Positions 18,966 to 20,000 of a DNA stretch of 20,000 bases are shown here, piece after piece. The number at the start of each line of letters is the position of its first letter. The stretch's first letter is position 1. Origin of the DNA: Rozella allomycis CSF55 (lineage: Eukaryota); the NCBI GenBank assembly GCA_000442015.1, contig KE560907.1:56225-76224 (forward strand). The letters are read 5' to 3'. The notes beneath the pieces were generated by a model, which saw only the letters and a list, made by a program, of their open reading frames with translations, made no database searches and was not told the DNA's origin. A program made the position numbers and the translations under genes.

Positions 18966-19829
18966 TTATTCATCATTGCCATCATCGATGTTATTTAACG
19001 CAATGCAACTTCCGCTTTGATGGTTGGATATATTTATCTCCCCCACGTATTTCCAGCAATTTGGGCAATGATGCTTTACTGCAGCTAGAGCCAACTCGTT
19101 ATGTTGTCGAATTAAGTCAAGAGAAGGTCCATCATCATTTCTGGATAAGGAGACTCGAGTGACTGCCGTTCTGTAACTCCAAAACTGAAATAGAACTCTT
19201 ACATCACCGGTCTCATCAAAAATCCACATATGTCGGTCATAGTCGTCTTCCAATTGAGACGTCAACAGGACGCCATTCTTAGCAGAAAACAATAAATTTC
19301 GGGGAATGAGTTCCGATCGGTCCAGAGGCATAATATGAGCAGCAATTAGATCATTTCCACTGAGTCCTGTAGCAACACATCTTTGGTCTCTACTCAATAC
19401 TTTGTTTCGGAATTTTTTTTGGCACTTCTTGTTTCTATCCACGTGTCGTCCAGTTGAGCATCTGTCATTGATCGACATCGATATGCACGAAGTCACTAGA
19501 TTTGACGATAGGAAACTCGCAGATCCCACCCTACTCATCCCTAATCCCAGTGCACTCGGTTCTATCTTAACTATCCAAGGTGAATCCTCGCTTGTCGCAC
19601 CAAGAGCACTCACTAATGGGCTAGAACGAAAGGCACCAGTATCATTAAGGACGTTACTCGGCGTGGGCTGCGAAGGGGGTGGATAGATGGAAATATTCCT
19701 TGCTGCCACGTTACTTAAATCGGGATTCTCCGCCTTGATGGCCTTCTTGAGATCGTCAATATCACCAGAAAATTTCTTTATGGAAAATGCCGTTTTTTCT
19801 GTGTCGAATTTTAGCCAAACTGTTGTCAT
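18966..19829 (-). CDS. Crinkler (CRN)-like effector: N-terminal ubiquitin-like header, linker, HNH-type endonuclease domain and C-terminal Zn-finger-like motif
   Basis: Header VWLKF...DIDDLKKAIKAENPDLSNVAARNISIY...DSPWIVKI; nuclease FRNKVLSRDQRCVATG...LIAAHIMP...NGVLLTSQLEDDYD; tail CPNC...H...C. Confidence 0.82.
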   Translation of the reverse strand: MTTVWLKFDTEKTAFSIKKFSGDIDDLKKAIKAENPDLSNVAARNISIYPPPSQPTPSNVLNDTGAFRSSPLVSALGATSEDSPWIVKIEPSALGLGMSRVGSASFLSSNLVTSCISMSINDRCSTGRHVDRNKKCQKKFRNKVLSRDQRCVATGLSGNDLIAAHIMPLDRSELIPRNLLFSAKNGVLLTSQLEDDYDRHMWIFDETGDVRVLFQFWSYRTAVTRVSLSRNDDGPSLDLIRQHNELALAAVKHHCPNCWKYVGEINISNHQSGSCIALNNIDDGNDE

Positions 19830-19863
19830 GGAGTTTCAGATCAGGGGGTACCTATTAATAATA

Positions 19864-19889
19864 CTAGCGGTTGTGCTCGCTTCGCTCGC
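19864..19889 (-). mobile_element. Putative Helitron 3' terminus
   Basis: Minus strand reads GCGAGCGAAGCGAGC-ACAACCG-CTAG followed by T: a GC-rich subterminal hairpin, then the CTRR end, then the T of an A^T target site. Confidence 0.45.
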
Positions 19890-20000
19890 ATTGTACTATT
19901 TGTNTTTTTGGAGGTCACACAGGATAGACAACTAATTTTATTTAAAGTATTTATGCAAGGCTTCTCAGAATCATGGATGCATTCCTTTTTGCTAATGTGA

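Overview
AT-rich eukaryotic DNA from a very compact genome, probably an early-diverging fungal relative such as Rozella/Cryptomycota. This assignment is inferred from the tiny introns, fungal-type genes and a Crinkler-like gene. Positions 1-12.6 kb hold ten tightly packed genes split by about 40 introns of 26-35 nt: ECH1, a coiled-coil protein, a secreted Reeler-like protein, CCDC25, two head-to-head stomatin paralogs, a Dap1/MAPR protein, a small membrane protein, ASA1/GNB1L and ATG26. Positions 12.6-20 kb form an intron-poor, gap-rich accessory region. It contains a disrupted ~1000-codon secreted helical-repeat gene, a broken partial copy of ATG26, an F-box/29-aa ankyrin-like repeat gene, and a Crinkler-like Ubl-HNH gene just downstream of a probable Helitron 3' end. 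The most notable points are an apparently obligatory non-canonical GT-TG 26-nt intron in ATG26, signs of length-guided 3' splice-site choice, and the W...LY repeat effector candidate whose two in-frame stops each fall inside a possible in-frame micro-intron. Single N characters at 10563, 11277, 16960, 17162, 17501, 18642 and 19904 probably mark assembly joins, so adjacency across them is uncertain. All gene models were spliced by hand without database searches.
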